A DNA stretch of 64,000 nt from the human T2T-CHM13v2.0 reference genome, Homo sapiens. The translations under genes were made by a program, and so were the position numbers. The stretch is taken from assembly GCF_009914755.1 (NCBI RefSeq), contig NC_060947.1. One strand, 5' to 3'. The notes beneath the pieces are model-generated. The model did not search any database, had not been told where the DNA came from, and saw nothing but the letters and a program-made list of their open reading frames with translations. This document shows positions 32,165 to 48,549 of the stretch, one piece after another. The first letter of the stretch is position 1, and every line of letters starts with the position of its first letter.

Positions 32165-32360
32165 CAGTGGGAGGTAGTTACAAGAGCACTGGCCTGGGAG
32201 TCCAGAGACCTGGGCTCATGTCTTGACTCTGACACTAATGAGACTATATATATATATATATGACCCTGAGGAAGCCACTTGCTCACTTTTGGGCTCAACT
32301 TCCTTATCTGTGAGATGGCAAGGTTGACTTTGTGATTCAAGAGGCACTTCCCTGATCTGA
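32165..32360 (+). mobile_element. MIR/MIR3
   Basis: AAGAGCACTGGCCTGGGAGTCCAGAGACCTGGG...TGACCCTGAGGAAGCCACTT. Confidence 0.8.
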
Positions 32361-33138
32361 CATTCCTTGTCACATGTTTACCTTTACTGTCTTCCTCAAA
32401 GGCTGAAGGACTGCCAAAGACTCAGGGCCTTAGCCCGGGGGGAATGACTTAGACCTGGTTCTACCTGCATTCTGTGGCATTTGCATCACTGGATCCCACC
32501 AGGCCAGCAGCAGCTGCAGTTGTTCTGGGCCCATATTACAAGGGTGACAGCAGGGTACCCTGTTCAAATTAGAACAGAAATAGTGGAAACTTCATATTAA
32601 AGAAAGCATGACATTCTTTCCAGAAAGCATAGATTATGCCTTCCCCTCATCCTGAGCATTCTCTTCAACCCTGGCTTTCTAGCTGTCTCTCATTTTGTGA
32701 AAACGTTCATACTCTCAATAATAGGCAATTCTGTCACAAAGATGGAAGGCATGCAAACTACTGAGTTGACTGGTTTCTGTTCTTACGTGTCTCTCCAAAC
32801 GGAATGAATAGCAGTACTTAATGAAAACACTGTCCGGCAATTCAGGCTTTAATATTATAAACAGGCTGGGTGTGTTATATGCATCACTCTCAATAGTCAT
32901 TTAGTTTCCCCCACAGAACACTGAGTTTTATTTTTCTAGCCTAACAAAACGTGGGGCTCAAGGAGTTAAAAAAAAGGAGGTGCCAGGGTGCTGTATATGC
33001 TAAATGAATATGTGCTGAGAAGGTAGGATAAGCACTGGAATGGGGCTCATAGTAGACCCAACCCTGTGAACAAGCAGCCCAATGACCGGCCCTCTACTGA
33101 TGAAGGGTTCCCACCATTTCACTAGCAGTGAAATTCCC

Positions 33139-33430
33139 TTTTTTTTTTTGAGATGGAGTCTCACTCTGTCACCCTGGCTGGAGTGCAGTGGTATGTTCTC
33201 AGCTCACTGCAGCCTCCACCTCCTGGGTTCAAGCGATTCTCATGCCTCAACCTCCAAGTAGCTGGGATTACAGACATGCACCACCATGCCTGGCTACTTT
33301 TTGTATTTTTAGTAGAGATGGGGTTTGGCCATGTTGGCCAGGCTGGTCTCGAACTTGTGACCGCAGGTGATCCACCCACCTCGGCCTCCCAAAGTGCTGG
33401 AATTACAGGCATGGGCCACTGTGCCCAGCC
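33139..33430 (-). mobile_element. AluS
   Basis: Reverse full dimer; AAATTCCC on both flanks. Confidence 0.95.
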
Positions 33431-33571
33431 AAAATTCCCACTTTTCACTGACAACGAATGGAAGAGTCAGCTCATGCAGGGCTTTTAAAGCTACAATAAG
33501 CCAAGGCCTAGCAACCATAGGCAGCAGGCCAGACTGTTCCTGGAATAGTCATCTCACTTCTTTGGGCCTCA

Positions 33572-33930
<359 letters not shown>

Positions 33931-34864
33931 AGAAAGTAGCCTGACCAGGTACCTCCAAAAAGCTGGTTTAGGGGTATAGTAAAGAGGAATCCAATCTCAA
34001 ATGAGTGCTTTTAAAGAGAAGAGAGCATAGGTTTGGAGAGCACACTGCCCTGTGGGGTTTAATTAGGGCTCTGTGAGTTCATCAGAACCTCAATTTTCTC
34101 ATCCATGAAAATGAGGTTAATGATGGCTACCTCAGTGGGCTGTCATGCGAGTTAACTAAAATAATCTACTGAGAACACTTAGTCTAGTTCTTGAAAAAGC
34201 AGACCTTCAGAAAATGCTTGCTTTTTTCCGCCTCTTTTGACTCAATGTCTTTGATTTGATATCTTTGTTATATCTTCACAGTAGCAACACACATATACTT
34301 AATGACAGGCAACTGGCTATGGGCCTAATTTTGTCCTAGGCTGGCTTTGCCACATCCTATTTTTTTATCTGCAGTCTTTTCTCACCCTCCCTCCATGTCT
34401 CTCTAGTGCTCTCCTGGCTCATGTCCCATGGAGGAGGAAAGCCTCTGATCCACTGTGTCACATTGAGGGATGGGACAAATACACGTGTCCCCTTCCAAGA
34501 TATATCAACAAGAAAAGAGGAGATGGCATTGCTTAACCCTAATGAATGGTCCTTCCCATGGGATACTAGGAAACACAGAAAATAGGGCACTGGAGGAGAT
34601 GCTTGGAGAGCTGAGATAGAGAGCTATAGGTAAGTAAAGAGGAGAGCTTACGGGGCGAGCCCTACTTTAAACTCTTGACACTAATTTTAAGCTCCATTCA
34701 CTTCAAAAGTTAATGGTTGATCTGGCCGGAGGGGTTTCCATTTGAGCAACTAGTCAAACCACAGCAGTTGGGATTAAAAAACAAGGTCAAGTTTGCATTC
34801 ATCCTGCTTGAGCCTTAGCTGAACAAGCCCCATCAACTGAGCCCTGGGCTGGCAGCACCAGTTC

Positions 34865-35065
34865 ACAGTGGCAGAGTAGAAAAAGCACCAAGTGGGATGC
34901 CAAGAAAACAATGTTTGAGTCCCAGTTCTGCCTCTGGCTCACTGTGTGACCCTGGGTGAGTCACTTGATGTCTCTGGGATTTAGTTGCCAACTTTCGTAA
35001 AATGAGGGGCTGCCTTAGATGACCGGGAAAGCCCCTCCCAGCAGGAGCCTTATGTGATCTGAGCT
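34865..35065 (+). mobile_element. MIR3-like SINE
   Basis: GAGTCCCAGTTCTGCC...TGTGTGACCCTGGGTGAGTCACTT...GTAAAATGAGGGG. Confidence 0.75.
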
Positions 35066-35326
35066 ATGCTAGCTAATGAGAAGGCTGGGGAGGGACACCA
35101 CTCTCTTCTGGCTGTTGTGTCAGCAAAGATACACTACCAAATATGACCCTCCAGTTAGTCACTGAGTCACAAAAGCGGAAGAAGGACTTAAATGAGGAGC
35201 AAAGTTTCTCAGATCATAGGGATAAGACAGAAAGTTGAAAATAAGGCTTCTGGGCCTCTACTGACTTGGATGGTAAAGTCAAGGCTGAAAGATTGGGAAA
35301 AAGTCATGTCAAGAACTTACCTCCAA

Positions 35327-35631
<305 letters not shown>

Positions 35632-36469
35632 AGAAGTGACCTCCAGCTAACACAACAGCCTAAGGTAGGTTTTAATAACGGTAATGATAAAAACAAAAAT
35701 GGCCTTGCCTGACCCACAGTTTCCCATTTATGTTTATACTCTGGGATCTCAGCAAGAGAGGAACACACCCATTGCATGACTGGTCTCTGTGGGAGTCCTA
35801 GTTCTGAATACTAAAATACAAGAGTTGAAAATTATATCTTAGGTCAACCTGGAGAATTTGAAGGAAGCAGGCTTCAAGGCCAAAGTTGCTCCCAGGAAAA
35901 GGATTTATTTGTCATTCAAATGGGCTGGAAAGGAAATGCCTTATAAGCATAATCCAGGAAAAGAGAAATTACTTTAGAGAAGCCATACTTGTCACAGACT
36001 AAATGAAAATTAATTTTTAATAAGAAAGAGCCAGACCAGAGGCTCCTAAAGCCCTTAACTGGGCTTTATAGTAAAACCTGAGAAAGGACTTGCTTCTTTA
36101 ATACGTATTTTCAAGATCCACATTTCACAAAATGGCATAAAAATGCAGAAAGCTACAGCATTAGAGCAGATGAGGGAAATGAACTTGGTAATAAGCACTT
36201 TGAATATTTATCTTCTGTACTGAAGAAAGTTGCCTTAATGGTTATCATCATGTGGGAGATTTAGCTGAAGCAGAAGATGATATTCAAATCCCCAATGAGA
36301 AGAGACAAAATGCGGTTGGTAGCGCTCAACAAGGGGTTAGAAATGCAACAGGCATGGGGAGAGGGGTCTACCTGTTGTCGAGGGTGCCAGTTTCAAAGAT
36401 CTGCACAGTGATCAGGATGGCTGGCTATAGTGGTGTCTCCTGTAGGTTGACCTCAGGATGGTTAGCAAA

Positions 36470-36710
36470 TAGTGCCAATAGTAGCTCACATACTGAACAC
36501 TGAACATCTGCTGTATGTCAGATACTGTACTAAACGCTTTGCATGCACTATCTCAATTAGCATTGCCAGCAACCCAATGAGATAGTTACTTCTGTTGTAC
36601 TTACTTTACAAATGAGTAAACTGGAGTTCCATATTACAGCCACACAACTAGGAATTATAGAGGTGGAACTTGAACCCAGATCTATCTAAGTCACGAGCCA
36701 ATAATAACTC
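36470..36710 (-). mobile_element. MIR
   Basis: TTTACAAATGAGTAAACTGGAG...CTTGAACCCAGATCT. Confidence 0.75.
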
Positions 36711-38570
36711 TAATGTCTCCCTGATCATCATCCAGCTCCAGGGTGTCTGAGTTTGATTGGAGAATATGAGACATCCTGTTCCAAAATACAATGTCAAGAG
36801 ACTTAGATAATCCTCATCCCAGGCAGGAGAGCTGGACAGAGAGGGATTGTGTGTGTGCGTGTGTGAGCACACATGGACACATGCTGTCATGCACATGCTC
36901 TGAGAGCAGTGAAGAAGATAGAGAGCCCAAAGCCTGAATTTTAGTAAAGAGGGAAGCAGAGATGAAGACACTGCTGACTAGACAACTCAATACACACACA
37001 ACCTTGGGATGTCACCCGCATGATCTGACACTGTTATCTTTGGGAAATGTCACAAGCAACTTTGTCCACTCTACTAAACAATAGCCTTCTGAAAGTCTAG
37101 GACCTTGGCTTCTTCATTTTTAAAAATTCTTCATAATGCTCAATAACAATCACATTTAGTCTAGGGCTTCACAGTTTACCCAATATTTTCACAGACACTG
37201 ATTGGATCTTTACAATAATTCTGCAAGGCTGCTGTTAGTGTCCTCACTTTATTTATGAGGAAATGGAGTCCCTCAGGGCTGAAGAAACATGGCTAGGGTC
37301 ACATAACGTGTGGAATTGCCACTTCTGACCTCTCCCTTAGCTCCCCCAAGCACACATACCAATGTCAGACAATGCCCACAGCACCTCACAACGGATCTGG
37401 GACAGAAGAGGTGCTCAAGAAATGTTAGTTTTTCCCCTTACTTGCCAATTTATGACTTAAAATGTTTTCTTTCCACTAACTACATTTTACCAGGTACCCA
37501 ATATCTTCAACAGAGACTAGTCCACATTCTCAGAGAACTTACCATCGATATAAGGAAATATAATACACCTAATATGCAAGAGCCTGAGGATAATGACTGA
37601 CTAATCTGTGGCACTAGCTCTAATGCAGTGACACTCAGCGGATGGTTCACAGATGTCTGGAATGGCCAGAAAAGCCTCCCTACTGAACATTGGGAGGGCC
37701 TGGAGGAGCTAATCAATCTGCCCACCCACCCATTCTTTTTTGTCTTGGTCCCAGAAAGAGGAACTTTTGCTGACAGAAACTGTTTTGACCACCTTTTCTT
37801 GTTGTACTCAGGGCATCAGTCCCTTCCTTGTTCACAGGGTTGTATACAAAGTGTCCTAGCCCTCCCCAGCTACAAATTCCACCCTCAATCTGCAGTGACA
37901 AGAGCGTGACATGGCGGAGTCTTTCATCAAGAGAGCAGTATGTAGCCTCACAAACACAGTACGGGCTGTGTCAACATGCACAACTCAGTTGCAGAGCAAA
38001 TAGTTGATTTTTTTAGACCAAGTCAATAAGCTGCTTTTCACAGGGAGAAGAGGGACCAGGATAGGCACAGTTTAAACAAGAAGACACTCTGCATTTTACC
38101 CTAAATGTTTCCATTGTTCTATATCTTGCCAGTGGTTGGTAGCAAGTCAAAGCAAAAACTGACATTTAGTGTTCCAGAGTCTTCTGGAAGAGAGCCAGCT
38201 AATGAATTACCAGATGAACAGCTTTTGGCTCACTTATCAAGGACAAATCTTATGCCAGCTGAGATGCTAAGATGCTGTTGCAATAGCAAACTAACAACCA
38301 CAATAACAACAACAATAATTTACCAGGATGATTGCAAGAATGCAGGACAGACAATTTTCTTTGTTGGCTGTAATCTGGAAATACGTTTAGTTTTGATTTT
38401 TCATCCACATTAGATGCTCATAACATGACATTCTAAACAGAGACATTTTAGGCTGGATATCAACAGAGAATTATTTTTATTCATCATTAGTTTCATCAAA
38501 AACTTAACAGCTGATATAGATTTCATCAAATGATGAGGGAGATTAGTATGATGTAAAAAAATTCACAACA

Positions 38571-38838
<268 letters not shown>

Positions 38839-39754
38839 TCACTATAAAGATGTATTTTATTCTTTTGCTCTGCCTTGTAACACTACCGTTCATCTAATAC
38901 TCAGACAAACTGAGGGTAGAAGATTCAGGCTTAATTGTCCCTCCTCTCCACCAATACCCCCTGTACTAGTCTGAAATGACAAGGTAGGAGCTCCTCTTAG
39001 CAATATTTACAGACCATTCTTCACATAAAAGAATATAAGAACTCTCAAAAAGCTAAATAAACAGAGTACTCTAAACAAGCCCTCTTCCTGTCCTTTTCTC
39101 AGAAGTCTGCTGCAAAGGCTCTTGGTCAGTGCCACAGGCTGTTCTTTTATCTCAGTAACCGGAGTGCCTTTGCAAAGCTGGCCTGGAGGTCAGGTCTCAG
39201 GCTCACTCCCCGGTATTCAGTGAATTCTTAGTCAAGTCCAAGCTTGAGTCAGCTGCCTCCATTGTAACTCTTTTGCAATTCGATGGATAGCTTGGTCCTT
39301 ATGTCTTGAGGATTGGAATCTCCTGGGCAGGGATTGGATTTCACTTTCCATGTCTACAGTGTTTGCACTAAGGTTATTAATATATTCTCTACAGGAGGGA
39401 TCATATTGAGAGCAAGCTGAAATTCACATAACAAAGCCTGTGGCTTGAAACTACGCTGGGCCAAGCCCCCAGGGGGATACTGGGTAACTCTGAGCAGCCA
39501 GTCACCCTTGGAGAACATTGAGAAGCATCTGAGTCTACCCTTTCTGGGACACAGCATCTTTCTATATTAGACCCACTCTCCCAGACTTCCCACCATACCT
39601 GGAGGTGCCCTGCAACGCCAATGAGGGAAAATGTAACCTGAGGAACACTCATTTCCACCGTGGTGTGAGGGACTCAGAGGATTCCCTTTCCCAAAGTTCC
39701 ATTTAGAATGAAATGAATGAATAATTTATACCAGGGTAAGAGTCAATAAGACCA

Positions 39755-40030
39755 TTAAAGGAGCAGGCAACTGTAATACAAAGAGCACACCCTCTAGGAT
39801 CAGACCAGGATTTGAAACTCAGTTCTGCTCTTTACTAACTGTGTGGCCTTAGGCAAGCAGTTAGCCTACCAGTGCCTCAGTTTCCTCCTCTGTCTCTGTA
39901 CAATAGGTATGATACTAATCAACAACCTTGTAAGGTATGCATGTAAAGCTAGAGGATAATATACATAAAAGGCCTTTTACAGGCCCTTACAGAGAATGGG
40001 TATCCAACAAATGGCAGTTACTGTTATTAA
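39755..40030 (+). mobile_element. MIR
   Basis: TTTACTAACTGTGTGGCCTTAGGCAAG...GTGCCTCAGTTTCCTC. Confidence 0.8.
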
Positions 40031-40167
40031 ACAAAGCAGGAGAGATGTCTGGGAACTTCTTAATGTCTTTCAAATCACAGCCCTAGGTGAATGTTTATAT
40101 CCAATCTAGACAAGAATTACCCTGTTCAAATACATCATTGGATCTATACAGATGTTATTATTTTTCA

Positions 40168-40618
<451 letters not shown>

Positions 40619-40879
40619 TAATACTTTTCTGCCTTCATGTTTTTAATAACCCAAGTAAGGCTTGACTGAAACTCTTTGTAAATGTTCAAATATCATAGAA
40701 GGTGCAAAAATTCCTCTTGACCCCCATACAATTCCATTCCCTTCCCCTGAGGTAGCTGCTGTTTTCAGTTTGTTTTGTATGTTGGAGGGCCTTTATTGTA
40801 ACCAAGTACACATATGAATACACATATTAAAATAAAGAATGTTGTTTTTGTGGGTTTTTTTTGAAAAGGAAAATGTATG

Positions 40880-42050
40880 TTTTGGATGTATGCTTTTGAT
40901 ATTTTATTGAACTATAATATACACTTGGAAAAGTGAACATAAGTGTACAATTGATGAAACATACATGAACTGAACATACCTATGTAATCAGCCCTCATAC
41001 CAAGAAATGCTGCCATCACCTCAAAAGCCTCTCTTGTGCCCCGTTCCAGTCAACAAATCCCAACCAGTGGCCACTATTTCTGATTTATATCAGCATAGAT
41101 TTGTTTGGCCTGCTTTTGTACTTTATATAAATCAAATCACAGAGTGTATTAATTTTATATTGCTATGTAACAAATTGCCACAGATACCACAGCTTAAAAC
41201 AACACAGATCTATTCTCAGAGTTTCTGTAGGTCAAAAATCCAGGCACGGTGTGGGTGGATTCCCTTCTTAGGGGCTTATGGGGTTCAAATCAAGGTATCA
41301 GCCAGGGCTGTGATCTCATCTGGGGCCTGGGGTCCTCTTCCAAGCTCACTGGTTGTTGGCAGAGTTCATTTCCTTGCAGTTAAAAAACGGAGGTCTCTAT
41401 TTTCTTGTTGGGTGTCAACCAGGGGTCACACTCAACAACTAGAGGTCATCTACATTCCTTGTCACAAGCCCTCCTCCACTTTCAAGCCAGCAACAGAGAA
41501 TTTCTCTCATATCAGTCTCCCTCAAGCTTCAACTCTCCGACTTCTGATTCTGCAAGCAGTCCAGGAATATACTTTGCTTTTAAAGGAACTCATGTGGTTA
41601 AATCAGGCCCACCTAGATAATCTCCCTATTTTAAGGTAACTGATTTGGGACTTTAATTACATGTGCAAAATTCCTTTATGGTGGTACCTAGATTAGTGTT
41701 TGATTGGATAACTGGGAGACGGTCTGTGTACACCAGGGTCATGAAATCTTGGAGGACCACTTAGAAATCTGCCTACCACATACAGTATTTACTGTCTCAG
41801 GCTTTCTTCACTCAAAATTATGTTTATGAGATTCATCCATATCATAAGGGGTTATAGTTAATCCATTCTCATTGCTGTGAAGTATTCCATTGTGTGAATA
41901 CACCACATTTTATTCATCCAAAATTTCTTCATATTGATGGGCATTGTCCTAATTTTAAGTGCTGGGCTGTTATGAATAGTGATCCCACAAACAGGACATT
42001 TGGTGAACATGTGTACATATAGATTGAAGAAGAAACACACTTTTTTTCTG
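40880..42050 (-). mobile_element. L1ME-like 3' fragment split by MLT1
   Basis: Reverse L1 3' region (GAGATTCATCCAT...AGTATTCCATTGTGTGAATACACCACATTTTATTCATCCA). Confidence 0.75.
41145..41780 (-). mobile_element. MaLR MLT1 (MLT1E-like) solo LTR
   Basis: TGTATTAATTTTATATTGCTATGTAACAAATTGCCAC...GCTTAAAACAACAC...TTAGAAATCTGCCTACCACA. Confidence 0.85.
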
Positions 42051-42399
42051 TTATAAGACCCTAAGAATTTGGAGTTCTTTGTTGCCACAATATAATCCAG
42101 CCTATTTGACTGATTCAGAAAGCTGGGAATAGAATTAGTGCTATTACTAAAGGCAATAGATACTGCCATATTGCCATATTGCCCTTACATGTGGCATGTA
42201 AGCCACATGCTTACCAGCACATGGTATGATATATGTGTGTATATTTGCATGAACTTTGGCCAACCTGAACTTTATCTCCTACATGTATAAAATAAGGACA
42301 CTGCCCTGTGTAAAGATCCAGGAGAACATGCTTAACCCCTCTGCCTGCCCCAGCATGAATATTATCAACCCACACCATGGATATCCTGTACTGTGCTCT

Positions 42400-42605
42400 A
42401 TTATTTCATGGAACTTAACACTCTTAGATATTCCATATGTTTACCAAACTTACAGTGTTTATTGTTTGCTTTCTATCTCTACCCACTAGGATATAAGCTT
42501 CTGCATGCAGGTATCTCTTTACTTTAGCCAGTTTACTGATATATCCCAAGGGCCTAGAAAAATTTCTGATACATAGTAGGTGCTTAAAAATATTTGAGTG
42601 AACAA
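42400..42605 (+). mobile_element. L2 3' end
   Basis: CCACTAGGATATAAGCTTC...ACATAGTAGGTGCTTAAAAATATTTG. Confidence 0.75.
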
Positions 42606-43057
42606 GTGTTAACTCAGGGTATGAAATTTGATGATGATGATTAATAATAATAAATTAATTTCATAGTTACAGTGAGCATATTTTCTAAACAAAACAATTA
42701 GAACACTGACTGGAAAAAAACTTAGCTGCACTTAAATGTGGGGAAAGATTTAATCATGCATTTACACCCATGGAAAGTCATTTATTTCACTTTCCCTACC
42801 TCATTTTTAATTTTATTTTACATAGTTGCATTATACATCAGTTTTGGATACTCTTCATTCTTTCTGAACATTCCTATAAAATTGAGACTGCTATAGGAAA
42901 CTCAAGATTTAAAGTTGCTCCTTTCACAGGGCTTTGTACCATACAAAACCAATGAACATTTGTTTTTGCAAATTCTTTCCTGAAATGTCCTCCCTTCTTT
43001 CTGCAATTATTGATATTCTGCTCTTCCTTCAAGATCAGAGTCATTTGGGGTCTACAG

Positions 43058-43615
<558 letters not shown>

Positions 43616-44597
43616 CTCTAAAGAAAAGGGTGGAAAAACGGGACCCATTTTTGATCCTCTGTGGCAGCTAAAGGGATTTCAAGACCCACAGGTCAGACAG
43701 AAAGGTACTCACGTCCCTTTCTTTACAACTGCTGCCCCCAGATGAGAGACAGAAGGACAGAGTGCTCTGACCCATTCTCTTCAGGTAGGGGAGCTTGGGC
43801 TAGAGGGGAGGAGGAGGACATGTTTTTGATGAGTTCAACTAAGGCCCTTGCAGTCATTGGGCATCACCTTGCCTTGTTCCTTCATGTGGTCATTGGTTTA
43901 GGCTGTGTCTACACAGACCCACTGAGTCAAGCTGGAGGTCTGAATGTGAAATACGAATTACAGAGACATAGATTTTACATCCCACACAGTTCCCCAGCTC
44001 CTACTGTGCTTGTGCAGCTCACCCTGGAGGCATGTGCAGAGAGGCATTCAATCTACTTGCCAGGGCTTGGACATTTCAGAGATGATGGTAATTACTGAAG
44101 CAGGTAATGGATCATAAGGAAGTAAAGTCTAGATAGGTGATCCAATAAATAAAATAACCAGACCCAGGGCTTCAGAGAAAAAGAATATTTCCTACTTTGA
44201 GATACTTCTTGGAGCAAAGCATATCTGGCTCTTAAGTGTACTGTTATGAAATTAATTTGAAGTTGAGGAACTGTAATATATTACAGCTATCAGTCTCCCT
44301 GGACGGTTTTACAATCAACATGTAGGATATGAAAAAAGAAAGATGCCAATAACATATTAATGTGGTATTCGGTGTTCAATCTTTTTTATGCAGCAGAATA
44401 TTACAGCTGAGCAAAAAATGATCAAAAAGTTGGTTCTCTTTTATACAAAGAAACAGAAGAAGGAAACTTGAACTTTAAATTATCTCATCTGTCACTTTCC
44501 ATTGATTGAGTCTTGCTCATTAAGATAAATTCCAAGCGAGACTATCATTTTTATCTTTTGAGCTCTCCAGAAATGTATGCCTTTCAGCTGTCTTGCC

Positions 44598-44687
44598 TTT
44601 CTTTCTTTCTTTTCTTTCTTTCTTTTTTTTTCTTTTCTTTTCTTTTTTTTCTTTTCTTTTGCTTTCTTTTCTTTTCTTTTGCTTTTC
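44598..44687. repeat. (TTTC)n/(TTTTC)n pyrimidine tract
   Basis: Direct reading. Confidence 0.92.
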
Positions 44688-45707
44688 CCCCATATATGCA
44701 GCTTCCAAGGAGGAATGAGACACTATATCTTATGGTCTTTCCCTTTTTAATTGAGTTCCTCTGGAAATGTATGTACCTGCAGTTTAACACCTGATGCGCA
44801 CCTACAGATATACCCAAAATCAGACATCCCTCTTTTCTCTATTTTGTATGCCATATTGGTACAAGAAGGGTATGTGGCTTCTCTCTGACAGAAGAGAACC
44901 CAAACACAACTCTACCATAAACCAACTGTGGGATCTTGGGAGTCATTTACTCTGATTCTTAGCTTCACCATCTGCTGAAAAGTAAATAATAAGGAAGACA
45001 GCAGGATGGCTAAGTGAGACTTTTGGCTGGTTCCCACTAACTGCTTTCTTCTGACTTAGTTTCCTTTCTCTCCTAGCACGCTGTGGCTCTGTTCAGTGGG
45101 TTATTTCAACCTCCCTCCAATAATGAATGCTGATATGATGTGGACATTCCTAGTAACTGGCAGATATCAGGTGCTCAGTAAACATAAATGCACCCATCTC
45201 TCCATTCTGTTCTTGGCAAAGTAGCTAGAGCTGGATGGTAAAAAGCTGCCCCCTTGTTCTTCCCCCTGCCCTTCATTGCTAGGGATAAAGTGATGGGACA
45301 AAGCAGGAAGCATTCATATATTCAAATCAACAATTCAGGGCCAGATAGACCGTGTGTAAAAGGGGAAAGTCAGAAGTGGACCTTCATTACATACCTCCTT
45401 CCCCACCCACTTCACCCCTGTGATTTACTTCCCTACTGCCCCTACCTGTTGGCTCAGTACGCTCTTTTTCCCTTCTTGCACCATATCAACCTTCCCCACT
45501 CCCAATCGATGATACTAATGTGTGGGTGAGTGATAATCCCCCTCTGTTCATGGACATTTGCATATAGATCAGAATCTTCAGTTAAAACCTGTCTTCCTCT
45601 GCATGTGACATCTCAGGCATCAAACAGTGGGAGAATTGCCTCCATTTCAAAGGTCTTTTCTGGAGTTCTGGAAGTAGAACTGTGTAATTACATACCCACA
45701 GGAATAA

Positions 45708-46059
<352 letters not shown>

Positions 46060-46312
46060 CCAACCATTTCTCAATGGAAATTGCCCAGGTAGTTACCATA
46101 AATAAGAAAACCTTCTAGGTCCCTGTCAGTTTGAACAGCAGGGGGCAGCAGAGAACAGTTTGTCAGAGACACAGTGGCAGAACAAATGTGGTTGGATAAA
46201 ATGATGGAAAGAGTTTGAAAAGACGTTTAAGAGACGACAGACTAGAGATGAGAGTAAGGCTGATGCCAAGAGAACAAACAAAATCAGAGGAACAAGTCTA
46301 GGACTAGGGCAT

Positions 46313-46733
46313 TGAGATGATTTGGATGTTTGCCCCCTGCAAATCTCGTGTTTAAATGTAATCCCCATTGTTGGAGGTGGGGCCTGGTGGGAGGTATTTG
46401 GATCACGCCAGGGGCAGATCCCTCATGAATGGCTTAGCGCCATCCCGTTGGTGATGAGTGAATTCTTGGTCTGGTAGTTCATGTGAGATTTGGTTGTTTA
46501 AAAGTGTGTGGCACCTCCCTGCTGTCTTTCTAGCTCCCTCTCTCACCGTGCAATGCCTTCTCCCTCTTCACCTTCCGCCATGATTGCAAGCTTCCTGAAG
46601 CCCTCACCAGAAGCAGATGCTGGCACCATGCTTCCGGTACAGCCTGCAGAACCACGAGCCAAAATACACCTCTTTTCTTTATAAATTATCCTGTCTCAGG
46701 CATTCTTTACAGCAACGCAAATGGACTAATGCA
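46313..46733 (+). mobile_element. MaLR MST (MSTB-like) solo LTR
   Basis: TGAGATGATTTGGATGTTTG...ATGGACTAATGCA; 5-bp flanks GGCAT/GGCTT. Confidence 0.92.
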
Positions 46734-47418
46734 GGCTTGAACAGATAGCATTGGAGCTGGGGGTAGGGAATAATGAAGGGATCTGTGTCCCCACATAAGA
46801 GCTCTAGGGAGGAAGTAAATCATTCTTCAAGAGACTACAGCAGCCCTTCTCAAGCTTTTGTGGATTGTGAAAAGACCTAGGTTTGAGAATTCGATGAAAT
46901 CAAGGGTCTTCTCCAGAGAAAAGTAAACATGAATGATAAATTTTGCAATAAAACTCAAGGGGCTTTCAGCTCCCACCCCTGTCCCACAGATAGATTCTAA
47001 GTCCAAAATTAATCTAGGCTTCAGAGACAGTAAAAGCAAAGCCATTGATCATTCAGGCTGCTTGTCCTCCTGGAGGTGTGGACCTGGGACTGCCTTCTCA
47101 CTAGGGAACGGACCTAGGCCTGTCTTCAGAGTGACTTGGGTTTGTACTGGTTCTAACAATCCCAAAGTAGCCCTGGGCTTTGGAGTTTATCAAGGATCCA
47201 CATACACAGATTTTGATGGGACCCACTGCTACTCCCTACTGCTCTCCACTAGCTAACATATTCATATGTTCCTAAGTGCTCAGGGCTTTGCATTCCTTAC
47301 TTAAATAAGTTGTTACAAAAAAAAAAAAAGTACTCTTGTTATCCCCATTTTAAAAAATGACAAAACTGAGGTTAAACCACTTGCCCAGGTTCAGAGAACT
47401 GGCCAGCTACAGAGGTGG

Positions 47419-47837
47419 TGTATTAGTTCGTTCTCACGTTGCTATAAAGAAATACCTGAAACTGGGTAATTTATAAAGAAAAGAAGTTTAATTGGCTAAC
47501 AGTTCCACAGACTGTACAGGAAGCATGAAGCTATCTGCTCAGCTTCTGGGTTGGCCTCAGGAAACTTGCAATCATGGAGGAAGGTGAAAGGGGACCCAGG
47601 CTTTTTACATGGTATAGAGTAGGAGCAAGGTGGGGGGGAGGTGGTACGCATTTTTAAACAACCAGATCTCAAGATAACTCACTCACTATTATGAGACCAG
47701 CACTGAGGGTATGGTGCTAAGCCATTCATAAAGGACCACCCCCACGATCCAGTCACCTCCCACCAGGCACCACCTCCAACACTGGGGATTACAATTCTAT
47801 ATTAGATTTGATTGGTACACAGATCCAAACCATATCA
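47419..47837 (-). mobile_element. MaLR MST (MSTA-like) solo LTR inserted in a MIR
   Basis: TGTATTAGTTCGTTCTCACGTTGCTATAAAG...CAGATCCAAACCATATCA; perfect TSD GGTGG at 47414-47418 and 47838-47842. Confidence 0.93.
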
Positions 47838-48259
47838 GGTGGGATGGGCATCCAAGTCACTCTGAGCCCTAAGTCTTGGGTATTCAACATGATCTATACT
47901 GATTACCAGGTTCAGCTCAAACTTTAGAGCTTTCAGAACAACAGTTAAGCATCATTATATGTAGAGACAATGTTCTGAAAATCAGTTTCAAGTCTTTACT
48001 TCTGATGAGTGGGGAAGAGCCTGGCCATTGAGATCTTTGTCCAATGTTTGGTTAGGCAAGTGAGACACCCACCTGGAGTAAGCAGGATTTTCTCACTTTC
48101 TCCATCTCTCAGTTAACATTGCCACTTCTTTAAACACATGAGCCTCAGATGACTACATAGGTTTGTGAGTACAAAAACATTTCCACTCCAAAACCCATGC
48201 AACTTATTGAATAGTGTAGATAGATTTTCTTCATCTGCCTTGTTATGTTCTCCTACATT

Positions 48260-48549
48260 ATTTTTTTAAGACGGTGTCTCCCTGTGTGTTGCCCAGGCTG
48301 CAGTGTAGTGGCACAATCGTGGCTGACTACAACCTCTGCCTCCTGAATTCAAACAATTCTCATGCCTTAGCCTCCCCAGTAGCTGGGATTGCAGACACTC
48401 GCCACCACGCCCGGCTAATTTTTGTATTTTTAGTAGAGACAGGGTTTCATCACGTTGGCCAGGCTGATCTCGAACTCCTGACCTCAAGTGATCCACACCT
48501 TGGCCTCCCAAAGTGCTGGGACTACAGGCATGAGCCACCACCCCCGGCC
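48260..48549 (-). mobile_element. AluS
   Basis: Reverse dimer; ATGTTCTCCTA on both flanks. Confidence 0.93.

Noticed and set aside
41007-41639. 210-aa ORF
   Set aside because: Spans L1 and MLT1 LTR remnants; no protein family features
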